DNA from: Felis catus
Taxonomy: Eukaryota
Assembly: GCF_018350175.1 (NCBI RefSeq)
Contig: NC_058368.1
Coordinates: forward strand, 75,456,001-75,520,000
Direction: 5' to 3'
DNA: 64,000 nucleotides
Shown: piece after piece, positions 1 to 11,861 of the stretch
How the letters are laid out: each line of letters begins with the position of its first letter
How positions within the stretch are numbered: the stretch's first letter is position 1
The notes under the pieces: model-generated
What the model was told of the DNA's origin: nothing
Databases searched by the model: none
What the model saw: only the letters and a program-made list of their open reading frames with translations
Translations under genes and position numbers: made by a program

Positions 1-87
1 TCTAGATCTGAACAAAGTATCTTTTTTAAAATTTGAGAGAGTCCCTTGAGCATACATTGGGTGCCTGATTTAAAAATACTCTTCCCA

Positions 88-307
88 GGGGCGCCTGGGT
101 GGCTCGGTCGGTTAAGCGTCTGACTTCTGCTCAGGTCATGATCTCACGGTCCGTGAGTTTGAGCCCCGCGTCGGTCTCTGTGCTGACAGCTCGGGGCCTG
201 GCGCCTGTTTCAGATTCTGTGTCTCCCTCTCTCTCTGCCCCTCCCCTGTTCATGCTGTGTCTCTCTCCCAAAAATAAATAAACGTTAAAAAAATAAAAAA
301 ATAAAAA
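88..307 (+). mobile_element. Can-SINE (feline type), full length
   Basis: ggggcgcctgggtggctc head, CT-rich segment, A tail; perfect TSD taaaaatactcttccc at 71-86 and 308-323. Confidence 0.97.
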
Positions 308-1885
308 TAAAAATACTCTTCCCTAGAAATATTTATAGAAACCCCAAATCTAAGCACTTTCGTGTATCACTGAACCTTAACATTGAACACATTACGTTCT
401 GATGGCCAGTGAACACAGCATTCCCTTCATTCATTAATTCATTTGTAAATGTGCAATCATATTGTCTCTACCCTGAAATAAGCACTTTTCAAAAGACCTT
501 TGAATTGACATTCCAGGATCCCTGAATAACTTCTTAATCTTCCCCTAGCAGTTAACCTCACTGGCATCAGAATCTGCATATGGTGCAGACTGGTCAATAG
601 GACAGAATGTGTTTCCTTTTGAGGAGTGATGTTTATCCTTCTATTTTGTGTTATGCTCAGAATGAGTCTGTTCTGTACCTTTGACAATCCAGACAGATGT
701 TCCTATGAAATATCGTGCCCTGTAGCCCTAAGCACTTCACTATTTGCGATGCCCATAAAATATAATATGTGATTATTCTTGAAATCATTTGAAAATATTC
801 TTCTCCAGCATTTAGAGGAAGTAGAAATAGTAAAATCACATAAAAAGATACATTTAAATAATGGTAAATTCCTTTGGACGCATAAAAATAATTTGGTGTC
901 CTATCAGGGCAATATCATTAGACCTCAGTGAGAATAGATAATCATTTTAGAATGACAGTAATTCTGAAGACAGAAAAGTAAAAAAAAAACCCTCAAAAAT
1001 GCACAAAATCCCAAAATGAATGTTTATGTGATGATGGAAAATTCTCAGAAAATGCTCATTTCTGTGAAATTACCACAGACTTAGTTATGAGAGTAAATGG
1101 GAAGAAAAAGGGTGAAAATAAAATGGTGATTTCTGTCTTTCCCTTAGGAGACTGTCAAACTTCATTCAAGAAAAAGAAATAAATAGTAGTCTGAATTAAC
1201 TTGTATTGTGAGCTCCCGTCGGAAAAAAAAATGAGATAAAAATGAAACAGTGTGCTAATTTTCTACCAAGTTAAAACCTGTAATTCGTTTATAGCTAAGC
1301 ATTTATCCAAGGCAGGAAACTATGAAAGAAAAGCATGGTATAATAATTGGTTTTTCACATTTATATTTATAAAGATTATGATAAAAAATACTCATAATTA
1401 TGCTGCTAGTGTTATAGCATAATCTACCAATAGTTGGATAGATCAAAAAGGAAACATCAAACAACGAAAGCCATGTTAGAAGTCCCTTAAGGAACTAACG
1501 CTCTAAGTATCCATAAACAATACACATACATGTGCATTTTTACAAAACATTATCTATACATTATGGGTACTCAGCTATAAATGTTGAGCAATATTCTAAA
1601 CGACTTGAATATTAGTTTTAAAAGGTTTTAGGCAAGTAAAGCCCATGGTGGGGTGGGGGGGGCAGATAATGGACTTTAAAAAGGTGTTTTAAGGAGAGAC
1701 AAATTTTGGTAGAGAAAGAGAACTAACTATGTTCCTGATGGGGTATGTCATACATGTAAAAGCCCAGTGGGGACAGAGACTAAGCTATGGTTAGAAGTGA
1801 AATTAAGGTCTGCCTTTGTGTTTCTACATAGGGAAAACCCTGTTACCTAAAGAAACTCCGTGGAAGTTAGGTGTTGGTTCAAAAA

Positions 1886-2035
1886 GCACAACAGTGCAGA
1901 GTGTGGGCTCCAGATCAAACAGAGATGATTCCAGATTCTGACACGTTTGCTTAGGAGCTCTTGGTTTTTAGACACGTTAGTTAGCCTCTCTTTGCCCCAG
2001 TTTCCTCATCTGTGAAATGGAGACTAATGGTGCCA
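1886..2035 (+). mobile_element. MIR remnant
   Basis: MIR core match cctctctttgccccagtttcctcatctgtgaaatggaga. Confidence 0.8.
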
Positions 2036-2478
2036 AGGGGCGGGGGCGATTTTGCTAGGGTATAAAGTTCAGAAAATTCTAGACAATCCTCTCGAGGTGT
2101 TATTTTAACTAAAGTACTTGCTATTTTCCATGCATGCATAACAAGCAGGCACTCACCTGCCCGCCCTTCTGACATTTCACTCACATGGTTCCTATAATAC
2201 TGGCTGAATTGAATGCTCCCGAATTGTGGGACCCATGGGGCAAGGGTCTGAGAGTCGAGACTACCCTCCCCTAAAAGAGCGAGGACACAGAGTTCTAAAA
2301 CTGTTCTACTTCCCACATGACGTGTTCTATATATTAGCATGGCTTTTCTATTTCTGCAATTCTTGCCAGGCAGATAGCTTGATTTCTCTTTAAAGGGACT
2401 TCCCATCAACCCTGCAGTGGAAAGCATCGAAAGTTTGAGCCCTAAGGTTCTTTGAATCTCCTCCTGCAAAATCCTCAC

Positions 2479-2697
2479 CTCTGCCCTTGACTCAGCCTCT
2501 CCCGCTGTGTCCACCAAGAAGGCATTACGCAGCAGGTGTAAGAGCTGTGACTCTGGGGAGTGCCGGTGAAATATGCAGGGTGGTGAATCCTTTGTTGGAG
2601 AGGCATTCGTGAAGCTTTGCGAGCGCATAGCACAGTTCTCAGCTCTCGATGTATTTTGAATAAAATGCTATTGATGTAGAGCTGTGTAAGAATTCTT
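2479..2697 (-). other. Candidate exon (unvalidated)
   Basis: Minus strand: acceptor gcatttcag| at 2698 and donor GAG|GTGAGG at 2479/2478; 219 nt; open in one frame throughout, and ATG at 2628 gives 50 codons ending in phase 0. Confidence 0.3.
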
Positions 2698-5600
2698 CTG
2701 AAATGCACGCAAGGGCAGCTCTTTTTTTAGGGTTAGGGACAATGTCGTATAAAATCGTTTATTAGACTTAAAAAAACAAAAAAGTCCAGAGTGGTATTAC
2801 TAGCCAAAGAAATAAGATAAATGTGTGTGACTCCGGGGCATTCGTGTGGGCTTTAGGACTTTGCAGGAAGGCCAGGCTTGTGAAACTGTACATAAAAATT
2901 CATCAATAGGGTGATGGCACGTGAGGTCTGCCACGGGACTCACTCCAGTGTCCTGGGCATCATGTGTGCGTGGGATGCTGATACCAGCAAAACTTCAAAG
3001 CTGCCCAGGGGGCAATTTCGGTTTGGAACCTCTCTGTTCCTCCCACATGAATCTCCGCTGTAAAACCAAAACTTTCACACAGGAAACCAAACATTTATAT
3101 TCCACGTTCTTGTTCCTTTTATTGCATTTTGAGGGAGCATTACCTCAGTTTGTGTCGATTTATATAGTACATTAAATGTTGTAAATTACCATAAAGTGAA
3201 ACAACATATCACACGATGATGTCGGAAACATAAATCATGCCTAGTTCCTGCTGCAAACAGATGTTCTTATTTTTAGACCCATGTCAAGATTCATTTTGTT
3301 CTTCCAGATTGTGGAGCCAAACTTTAAATTTTCTTATTATCAAAACGAAGTCTTCTATTCACGCTGTCACTTACAAGCCGGGCAAAATGAGTTGCTCAGG
3401 CATTCGAGGTAAATCAAATCGCACACATCACGCTGCCACAATTGGCTTCGAACACGTCACAGTTCAAACCAGTGAAGATGAAACCGCGAAAGACTTTACA
3501 CGACGGTCTGAGGCGACATCACCAAGCAACGACGACATTGTAACTGCTGTTGAAAGCTCGTTCTGTATGCTTTAAACAGTGATGATTTTGCCAGAAGTAT
3601 CACAGTTTATGTCCGAAAACCCTGGCTTGGTGTCTCTTTCCCTCTGGGAATGCCGTCTCATGGATCAGAATCAGGCCCCAGAGGAACGGACGCGCGTCGG
3701 GACGCGTGCTGTTTGCTCCTTGAATTCTTCAGTCTGTTTTTCCCACCATCCCCTCCTCTGCCCTCTTCTTGTAAAATTGGAGCTTCAGGTGAGTCACTGT
3801 TGAGGCCAACACTTGGCCCATCTGCAATCAGATAAAGATTTTATGGCTCCAGGCAAGGGCTGGGGAGATGAGGACTGTTTGCAAAATGTCACAGGTGTTT
3901 GTTTGGAAATCTTCTGCGGAAGAGCAGAAATCAACAGAAATCCTTGAGGCGGGGAAAATGAGTCTGAAGCTTGCAACACTGTATCCAAAAATGAATTGCG
4001 CCTGCCAGAAAAAAAAAAAAATCTTCGGCAAAATAATCTGTCTGCAGATAACACAGAATTTAAGAGGGACACTTTCGGGTTTTCTTTTTTGTGTTTTCCA
4101 TGTTGATGCGCACGACATTAAGTGGCCTGTGTTGGAGAGAGAGTCTTTAATTCACAGCCTACTCTAAGTAGAAAGACGATGTTTAAAACTCAGGAACCTC
4201 CCCAATAGTTAATATACTCTTTTATGTGCCCAGAGTAACAACTACCCTGATAATTTATATTAAAGAGTGTGAGGTAAACTATGGGAAGGTTACATCTTTC
4301 AACGATCGAATCCATTGTCAAAAAGTTCAGTTACACGCAAACGTGAGTTTCAAAATATTAGAAAATATTTTGTGAGAATGTTTTCATTTCTCCTTCTTTC
4401 ATTTTTGACATCAGTGTTATTCAATCTGTCTCTGTGCCCTTCTACTTCCTGCTGACTTTCTTCTCGAATTTTTCTTTGCTGGTGTCTCTTTGCAGTCTCT
4501 TTATTTCTGTTTTGCTCTACGCAGGATAATCCTTTCATGCACTTTCCTGATATCATATTTAAAGACTAAAGCCCCCTCCTTCTTCTCTCTTTACACCAAA
4601 GAGAAGAGGCGTTTTCAGGAGAATTCTGGACATTTATAAACTGAGTAACCAGGGTCAAATGCTTATCAGCGGGATGGGGATAATGGGTACGTCAAACATT
4701 TGTCCGCAGAAAACCGCAATGTGACCTTTAAGGACTCATGAAAACAAAGAAAACCTTTTGAACTTCAAAAGTGCTAATTATTATTAGTATGATTATTAGC
4801 GATAGTTGCTAATATAAAGTATTATTTTTCAGGAATAAGCTCTGAAGATAATATATGAGTCACAGAAAAATGCAATGGTATCTTAGAAGTAATGAAAGAC
4901 CATTATTCAATTTAACTTGCATACTATAAAAACATCTATTATCTTGAGATTTATATTAGTAGATATTAAACAGCATAAAAATTCCTCAACAGGCAGTTCG
5001 CATATGATTTTGTTTCCACTGCTGTTGAAAATTATTTCAAAGACACTTCAAGAAACATATTTGCATCCTCTTGAAACAAAACATTAAATGCAAATGAAAT
5101 ATGTCTAGAATCATTTAGTCTTTCCACTTACCATCATGTCCTAAAATGCCTGGGGACAGTTCAGCACATCAGTCACTGAGGGAATTACTATCTTCCCAGT
5201 TTAACTAAATTACAACCAGGAAGGACTTAAAATCTTGTGATTCTATGTTGTGTATTATACAGAGGGTGAGATTTAAAAACTAATAAAAATCATTTTGTTT
5301 ACTCAGAAGAAATGTGCAAGCCTTGTTTTTCCTGGAAATTTCGAGGGTAAATGTGTTACTCCTACAATAGGCAACTCAGAAACTGATCGAATGAAGGGTT
5401 ATGTATAAATAATGGAGAGTGTGGGTTACCTCATTTATGGGAAAAATACTCTCCCCCACTGAATGAGTGAATTCTCTATGTTGTGTAACTTCTTCCCGTG
5501 CTTTGTCGTCCTGTTTACATGAAACTCACCACCACCTCAAGAAACATGCAAGCACTCATATTCAGTTTCGCAAAGATAAAATTAAGTAGATAATCAATGA

Positions 5601-7540
5601 TGTCCAAGAATGTGTGCCAAGACTATCATTGTTGTATGAATATTAAACAAGAATAAAACATTATTAATCATTATAAACAGAGCACCACCAGTCAGCAATT
5701 CCCTTTAATTTTCAGGTAGACACTTCTCATTTTCTCAAACTTGGTATTATTGACATGAAAAGTTTCCATGTTGCAAAATTCACAGCACATGGCATCTGTA
5801 AATAAAGAATATTTATCTTACTTATCTTACTTACTGATATCACATTTGTCCTGAAGGAGCGTATAATTTAGCTGGGATGACAAAAATAACAAACAGGATG
5901 CACAGCATGATATTAAAAAAAAAAAAAAAAAGAACGTGTTGTGAAATATTGGGTGACACAGCTCCTACCACGAAATTTGCAGCTGCTAATGAAGGAGGCA
6001 AAGAGGAACCGATGCCCCTGGAGGTGTGAGATGTGAATGGGCTGTCAAAAGATAGGATTTTGCTAAAGAGGGGGAACTGAAAATCCAAGGACAGAGGAAG
6101 TTGAAGCCACCTAAGTGTCAACAGTGTGTTAGGGATTAATGGCTTGCTGAGAAGCAGCTAGATCATGGACAAATTCACTTCATTTTTTACAAGTGCATCA
6201 GGAACTTTCAAAATTCTTACAGGATTAGTAGGGTGGCTTTTACCCAGGCTAACTGGGTATTAGACGCCTTAAATGTATGATAGTCCAATTGGTGAGAACA
6301 GGGTCTTTCAGTATATGAAGAGTTACAAAATTTCCATGACTAACTGATGGAAGAGAATAGAAGGACTGAAGATCTTGAATCTCATCAGGTTCCAGGTAAA
6401 TGAAAAAAATATAAATGGCACTAACTAGCCTATTTCAAAAATCATCTTTGTGTTCTCTTCTTCCTTAGTATTTATAGTTTTCAAACAATTTGTAGTTCTT
6501 TCTCAGGGCTGGGTCACCATGAGACCAATATCTGTGGACGTGAATTAAAAATACAGAAATTATTTCTCAGGGGGGAAAAAACCTTCTGAAGTGGCATTAT
6601 TAGAAAATTTGGGGAAAATGAGTTGGTTTAAGCACTGTTTTCATCTTGCAAGACTAATCTTTGATTTTTGGCATCTTCACTCTGAGAGTTCTTAGACATT
6701 TCATCAATCCCAAAGAAAAGGAATTAATGGACTAGCTGTGGGATTGTGCTTAGAACCAAGTATTTTCTCTTCATTTTCTTCTGTATTTATATGAAGTTAA
6801 TTGTAATTAGTATGAATTATAGTACATATTTGAAATCAGAAGCTAACATTTCAGTATTTCATTAAAATCATACAAATAGAGTAGCTGTAAGTATCGTAAG
6901 TTTTATCCTATTTTTTTTAGAGCTCTTTGAATGAGTTACCATACTTATTCTTTCAGACACTCCTGGATGGAGTGGACGTACAAACGTCCAAATTCTTTCA
7001 TCGTTAACTGCAGAAGGAAGACGTTCACTCTTATGTGTCCTTTCATTTTTACATGGAGCTTAAATGTCCCCCAGTTCCCCCCAGACTGGGTATACCGATG
7101 TTAGTATATTCACATTCACACATGTGAATATACCCTGTATTTACGTACTTGAATTTCTTTCCCCAAATGGCCGTTCTCAATTATTTTTGGGAGACCAAAG
7201 GTGTCTTATGAACAATTTATCCCCATTCCTCTCATTGCTGTGCACCCTAAATAGGTCCGATGGTGCTGTGTACAGTTCAAACATTGCTGGAAGTTTGCTG
7301 TAGTCAATGAAAACAAACGAGCAAGTATTTCTTCTCCCCACTAAGCTTTACTGTGATGTTTGGTTCCCAAATCCTACTAAGTCGTCTTTAGCATAATTCT
7401 GGTTTCCCTTCAATACAACTAAAGAATAATGATAGAACAAATCAACTCAGTGACCTTAATGCACATGGATGTAATAACCTCGTCCCTACCCACACGTGAA
7501 TACATACACTTAGCCCTTCCTTACTCCTAGATGGTGTTTT

Positions 7541-7761
7541 GTTTTTTTTTTTTTTTTCAACGTTTTATTTATTTTTGGGACAGAGAGAGACAGAGCATGA
7601 ACGGGGGAGGGGCAGAGAGAGAGGGAGACACAGAATCGGAAACAGGCTCCAGGCTCCGAGCCATCAGCCCAGAGCCTGACGCGGGGCTCGAACTCACGGA
7701 CCGCGAGATCGTGACCTGGCTGAAGTCGGACGCTTAACCGACTGCACCACCCAGGCGCCCC
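7541..7761 (-). mobile_element. Can-SINE, young feline subfamily
   Basis: Near-consensus body with most CpGs intact; perfect TSD ctagatggtgtttt at 7527-7540 and 7762-7775. Confidence 0.97.
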
Positions 7762-8624
7762 CTAGATGGTGTTTTAATATCATATTCTGTCCTGCCAATC
7801 TCCCTTCTCTCTGAATGTGAAAGCCTTTCCCCAAGCAAAGGGATTTAAATTAGGTTATACCAGGATGGAAATTTTCAATCTCAACAGCCAACACTAATCT
7901 AATCCATGTCAGGAATCATGCCTTTTATTGACTGTACTCAAATATCAAGAGGGATTGCAACTTTTTGAAAGTGAATCAGCATCTCCTAGTTTTTGAAGCA
8001 TTGGTTAAATGTGCCCAGGTACAAATGTTCCTCATGCTTGAGGAAAATTATCTCCGTGCCAATGTCATGACCCATGCAACTGACTTATTCTTTGTTTTCT
8101 GTTTATATATGCAATCCAACAAATCATAGCAAATGGCTGTGTTCTGTTTGTTTTTACAATATCCAACCTGAAAAAAAAAATAGGTTTGGACTTCAGGACC
8201 TACCTAGCCTGTCTTTGACAATGTTACTGTGGAACAATGGAGCATTTCACCTAATATTTCATTGCATTCATTCAAGAATCATCTGCTCATCATCTCCTAC
8301 AGTTGATCTGTGACAGTTGAGGCATTGTTTCTTTTCGGCCCCACTGTATCCATGTTACAATTTGGGCTAAAGGCATGTAACCTCATAACATCATGGGGAG
8401 AGCAGAGAAAAGTTATCTCTATTCATTCAGTCATTCCTCTCTTCACTCTCGGTCCTGCACTTTATATGTTCCGGACATGATTACACGCATTTACATCTTT
8501 TGAGAGCAGAAAGAAGAAAATGAGAAGAAGGGACCTGGGAGACAGGGAGGCAACATGACCGGAGCTGAGGCAGTATTTCCACAAATTTAAGCCAGTTTTG
8601 TAGACCTACTGATACCATTCATGA

Positions 8625-8790
8625 GTTCGCAATGATGCAGTGGAAGAATGAAGCAGGTGCAACCACCGTCTTCATTTCACAGGTGAACAGACCAAAGTTT
8701 CGTGCGTTTTTGTACTCTTTCCCAAAGGCCGGCACGGCGGTGGAGCTCTGATTTGAGCCAAGAGTTATCTGACTCGTGAGAACTCTAGCT
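8625..8790 (-). mobile_element. MIR remnant
   Basis: Degenerate antisense MIR (cttcatttcacaggtgaacagacc...ggagctctgatttgagccaagagttatctgactc). Confidence 0.6.
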
Positions 8791-8914
8791 GAACTAATGA
8801 ACATATGAATGAATGGCTTAAAAATGATTTTGTACTGGACACCTCAGATTGTAAGCTCACTCAGACTTTTAGCAGATACATATTTTGGAATAGAGGCTGA
8901 TAAATAGAAATGTG

Positions 8915-9095
8915 GATAGTATGTATTTTAAGCGAGGCAGGCTATGCGGTCTTTGTGATAATTACTCAACTCTGTGGGAGTTACTCAAAGTCCACCTTTG
9001 TAACAGGAAGCCAGGTATACACAAGCCGAAAACATGTGAGTATGTGGCTATGTTTCCATATACACTTGTTTACAAAAACAGTTGACTGCCAAGAT
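8915..9095. mobile_element. MER58-like hAT (Charlie family) remnant
   Basis: Matches MER58 internal motifs (tactcaactctg, gtggctatgtttccata, tttacaaaaacag); opposite orientation to the copy at 33150. Confidence 0.7.
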
Positions 9096-9468
9096 GAATT
9101 TAGGAAACACCAGACAGATGACGAGGAAAAGTCATGCTAAGAATAGACTGTGAAGTCTCTATAGGTTACCATGGAAGCTCAGAACCGGTGTCTTTAAATT
9201 AGCCCTCCCATTTTTAGAACTTCCTTCAACCAGCCCAAGGGGGCCCTCTTTCCTTAAAATATGTGACTCAGGTGTTCCGTTCATAAATTTTTGGAACAAA
9301 ATGGCTGCCTACGCTCCTGGCATTCACTTGTCCAGGCTAATAAGAATTTTATAATGTCGAGGATTTTTTTCTTTCTTCAGATCAAAAGACATTCGAGTCG
9401 GATGTATTTCTATCTTAATCCAACCCAAGTGTTAACCAAGCACCACTTTTAATAGTGAATACACTTAC

Positions 9469-9525
9469 CATACGATATCCCACATCAAAAACCTTGGCAA
9501 AGCTCAAGCCGTTTTGAGACGACAT
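9469..9525 (-). CDS. Candidate alternative first coding exon, MSSQNGLSFAKVFDVGYRM (host gene not identified)
   Basis: ATG at 9525 with G at -3, 19 open codons, ending exactly at consensus donor ATG|GTAAGT (9469/9468, phase 0); about 165 bp from a MEF2/E-box module. Confidence 0.35.
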
Positions 9526-9544
9526 AACAATTTACTGTGGTTCA

Positions 9545-9765
9545 GGACCTGACCTTCTACTGACACTTAGTTCACCAGAAGTCAGGTGTAGCAATATAGC
9601 CTTGGAACCCTTTGGGATGGTGGCCTCCGTGACAGCAAGACAAAGGAGTACTTACCCTATATGAAGCACTCACCTTTGAGACCCATCAGTTATAAATAGC
9701 CCAGTTGCTGCTTCAGGAGCTGGCTGGCAGCCAGGAGAGAGAGGAAAACAGATTGAGGTGAGCCA
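9545..9765. promoter_or_regulatory. Candidate striated-muscle-type promoter/enhancer (MEF2/TATA + E-boxes)
   Basis: ttataaatag at 9690-9699 fits MEF2 YTAWWWWTAR and contains TATAAATA; E-boxes cagttg 9702-9707 and caggtg 9583-9588; nuclear-receptor half-site tgacctt 9550-9556; splice donors on both strands nearby. Confidence 0.45.
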
Positions 9766-11367
9766 CAGGGATACCATAAAGGTGGGCAGAAGGCTATCCA
9801 ATATGAAAGAGACAAAGACATATAAACAAGGGCATTTAAGTGAGTAAAGCAGGAGAAAAATCTTATATTGTTATTTTTCTATTAACCTGCTTGGTAATCC
9901 CACTTTCTCTCAACTGTACGACATCCCTCATACCCATGGAGAGAATTAACAAGAATTGGAGGAAGTAAGATATGAAGCCGATAGTAATAATACAACATGC
10001 TTTGGCAATGAATACCACCTTCTGTTTTTGGAATAGTAGCCGGGGGGATGTAGAGGAGAAGAAAGGAAACAGACAACCAGACACACAGTGGATCCCGAGG
10101 GCACAGGAAATGCTTAGTCAGTGCACATATGTTGCAGAATTTATGGGACATCTTTAAAAAGTAGCTAAGCCTTCCGCACATGTAACAATGGCAACTCTAA
10201 TGCGGATACCAGCGTCAGATAACACACAACCACGCTTCTTAAAAAAAAAACACTGTTTTAATCGGTTTTCCATTTTATCAAAAACAAAGCAAAAGGAATC
10301 GCATTACTCTTGAGGGTACAGATGTGTTTAAACGTTTCTTTGATGTTCTTTTATAGCTTAACTGTACAACGCATGAAAAAAAAATACTGAGACATAAAAA
10401 TATTTTTACTGGCCTGTATGAATAAATGGAAACCAACCTGTTGTGTATATAGCTTAGTTACTATTTCTTCCCAAATGAAATATTTTAAGATCAATCCGTT
10501 AGCGGCTTTCTTTGTGTACAAAATACAGTACTAGATTCTCCGGAGATATATGAAGAAATATGAAGACATCCTTCACAGAGTTTAGAATATGGTGGATTAG
10601 GATGTTTCTACCTTTAAACAATAACAAAATGATAAAATGTATAGCGTGGTTGATCTTGTGGTACTTGCCTGTGAGTTTAAGAATTAAGCCAGGCAACTCC
10701 AAAGAGAGGGTTTAACAACTGAGACGAGATCGTTGGCTCATAGACGGTTTTCCAAATTCATAGTGTTTAGCACGCTAGCAGTTGAAACGTGTTTATGTGC
10801 AACTTACGAGAATGACAGTTCAGAAGTTAATATTCCTTAGAGACTTACTGGTATTATCCAGAGATTTTTCAAATAGCAATAATTCCTTTTCCTTTACTTG
10901 GAAAATAATTTATTTTCCTGTGGAGTGGTAATATCAAGGTATTCATTTAACTGATTCAAAACAATGCATGGTGTTGTATATACAAAATAATTTCTACATC
11001 TGAAATATCCTACATTTTCTGAAAATTCTACTTTTTCGAATGTCGTCTTCAATTAGTGTGAAATTCTTACTTTATAGTTTAGAAGTAGAAGTGTTAACAT
11101 GAATTGATCTACCCGTATTTACAGAGCTTAACTAATAGCAAAGAAAATACTGCATTTAACATTTTCTAATTTCTGTTGTAGAATTCTTTCTACCAACTGT
11201 ATAAAGCGAACTTTCTTACACAGTGACAAGGTATTTTAGCATGTAATTTAGTAGGTAATTGTCCAAATTTCTCAGAAATGGAATATACAGAGGACCATCT
11301 TAACTGTCAATAAAAGGTGAAGTCATATATTGGGTTGTGACTCAGGTCTACTTAAAACATATGTATA

Positions 11368-11664
11368 GGGGCGCCTGGGTGGCTCAGTCGGTTGAGCGTC
11401 CGACTTCAGCTCAGGTCACAATCTCGCGGTCCGTGAGTTCGAGCCCTGCGTCGGGCTCTGGGCTGATGGGTCAGAGCCTGGAGCCTGTTTCCGGTTCTGT
11501 GTCTCCCTCTCTCTCTGCCCCTCGCCCGTTCATGCTCTGTCTCTCTCTGTCCCAAAAATAAATAAACGTTGAAAAAAAAAATTAAAAAAAAAAGACCACT
11601 TCTCTAAAAAAAATAAATAAATAAATAAATAAATAAATAAACGTTTAAAAAAAATTAAAAAAAA
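11368..11664 (+). mobile_element. Can-SINE with double 3' tail
   Basis: Perfect TSD taaaacatatgtata at 11353-11367 and 11665-11679; two A-rich tails separated by gaccacttctct. Confidence 0.95.
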
Positions 11665-11861
11665 TAAAACATATGTATAATCACAGAAAGGACTACATTT
11701 ACATAAGATTTCAATTAATATGTAAGACCAGAAAAATATGCGATAATGTTTTTTATACTCCGAATCTTCTGCTTTTTTTTATGAATATCACTCTGTATAT
11801 ACTGCTTTTCCTTTTATATATCTTTACAACCGTCTCCGTGTGACCATTATTCACTGATCAT

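Noticed and set aside
1981..2628. Longest ORF in the window (215 aa)
   Set aside because: Its C-terminus (LHFTDEETGAKRG) is translated MIR and it has no recognisable domain; only the first 50 codons up to the donor are kept as a candidate.
4350..4556. Charged, protein-looking 68-aa ORF
   Set aside because: The K/E/R richness follows from the pyrimidine tract on the other strand; no splice donor and no family match.
5132..5140. Possible 9-nt microexon (GACATGATG)
   Set aside because: Weak polypyrimidine tract and a competing AG about 10 nt upstream; kept only as a possible first-exon end.
7254..7300. Y RNA-like start ggtccgatggt
   Set aside because: Only about 11 nt match; no Y RNA body, complementary 3' stem or U tail.
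11584..11601. Match of the SINE tail spacer (A-run + gaccactt) to the reverse complement of 62180-62197
   Set aside because: Only 8 non-homopolymer bases match and the similarity stops there; compatible with chance.
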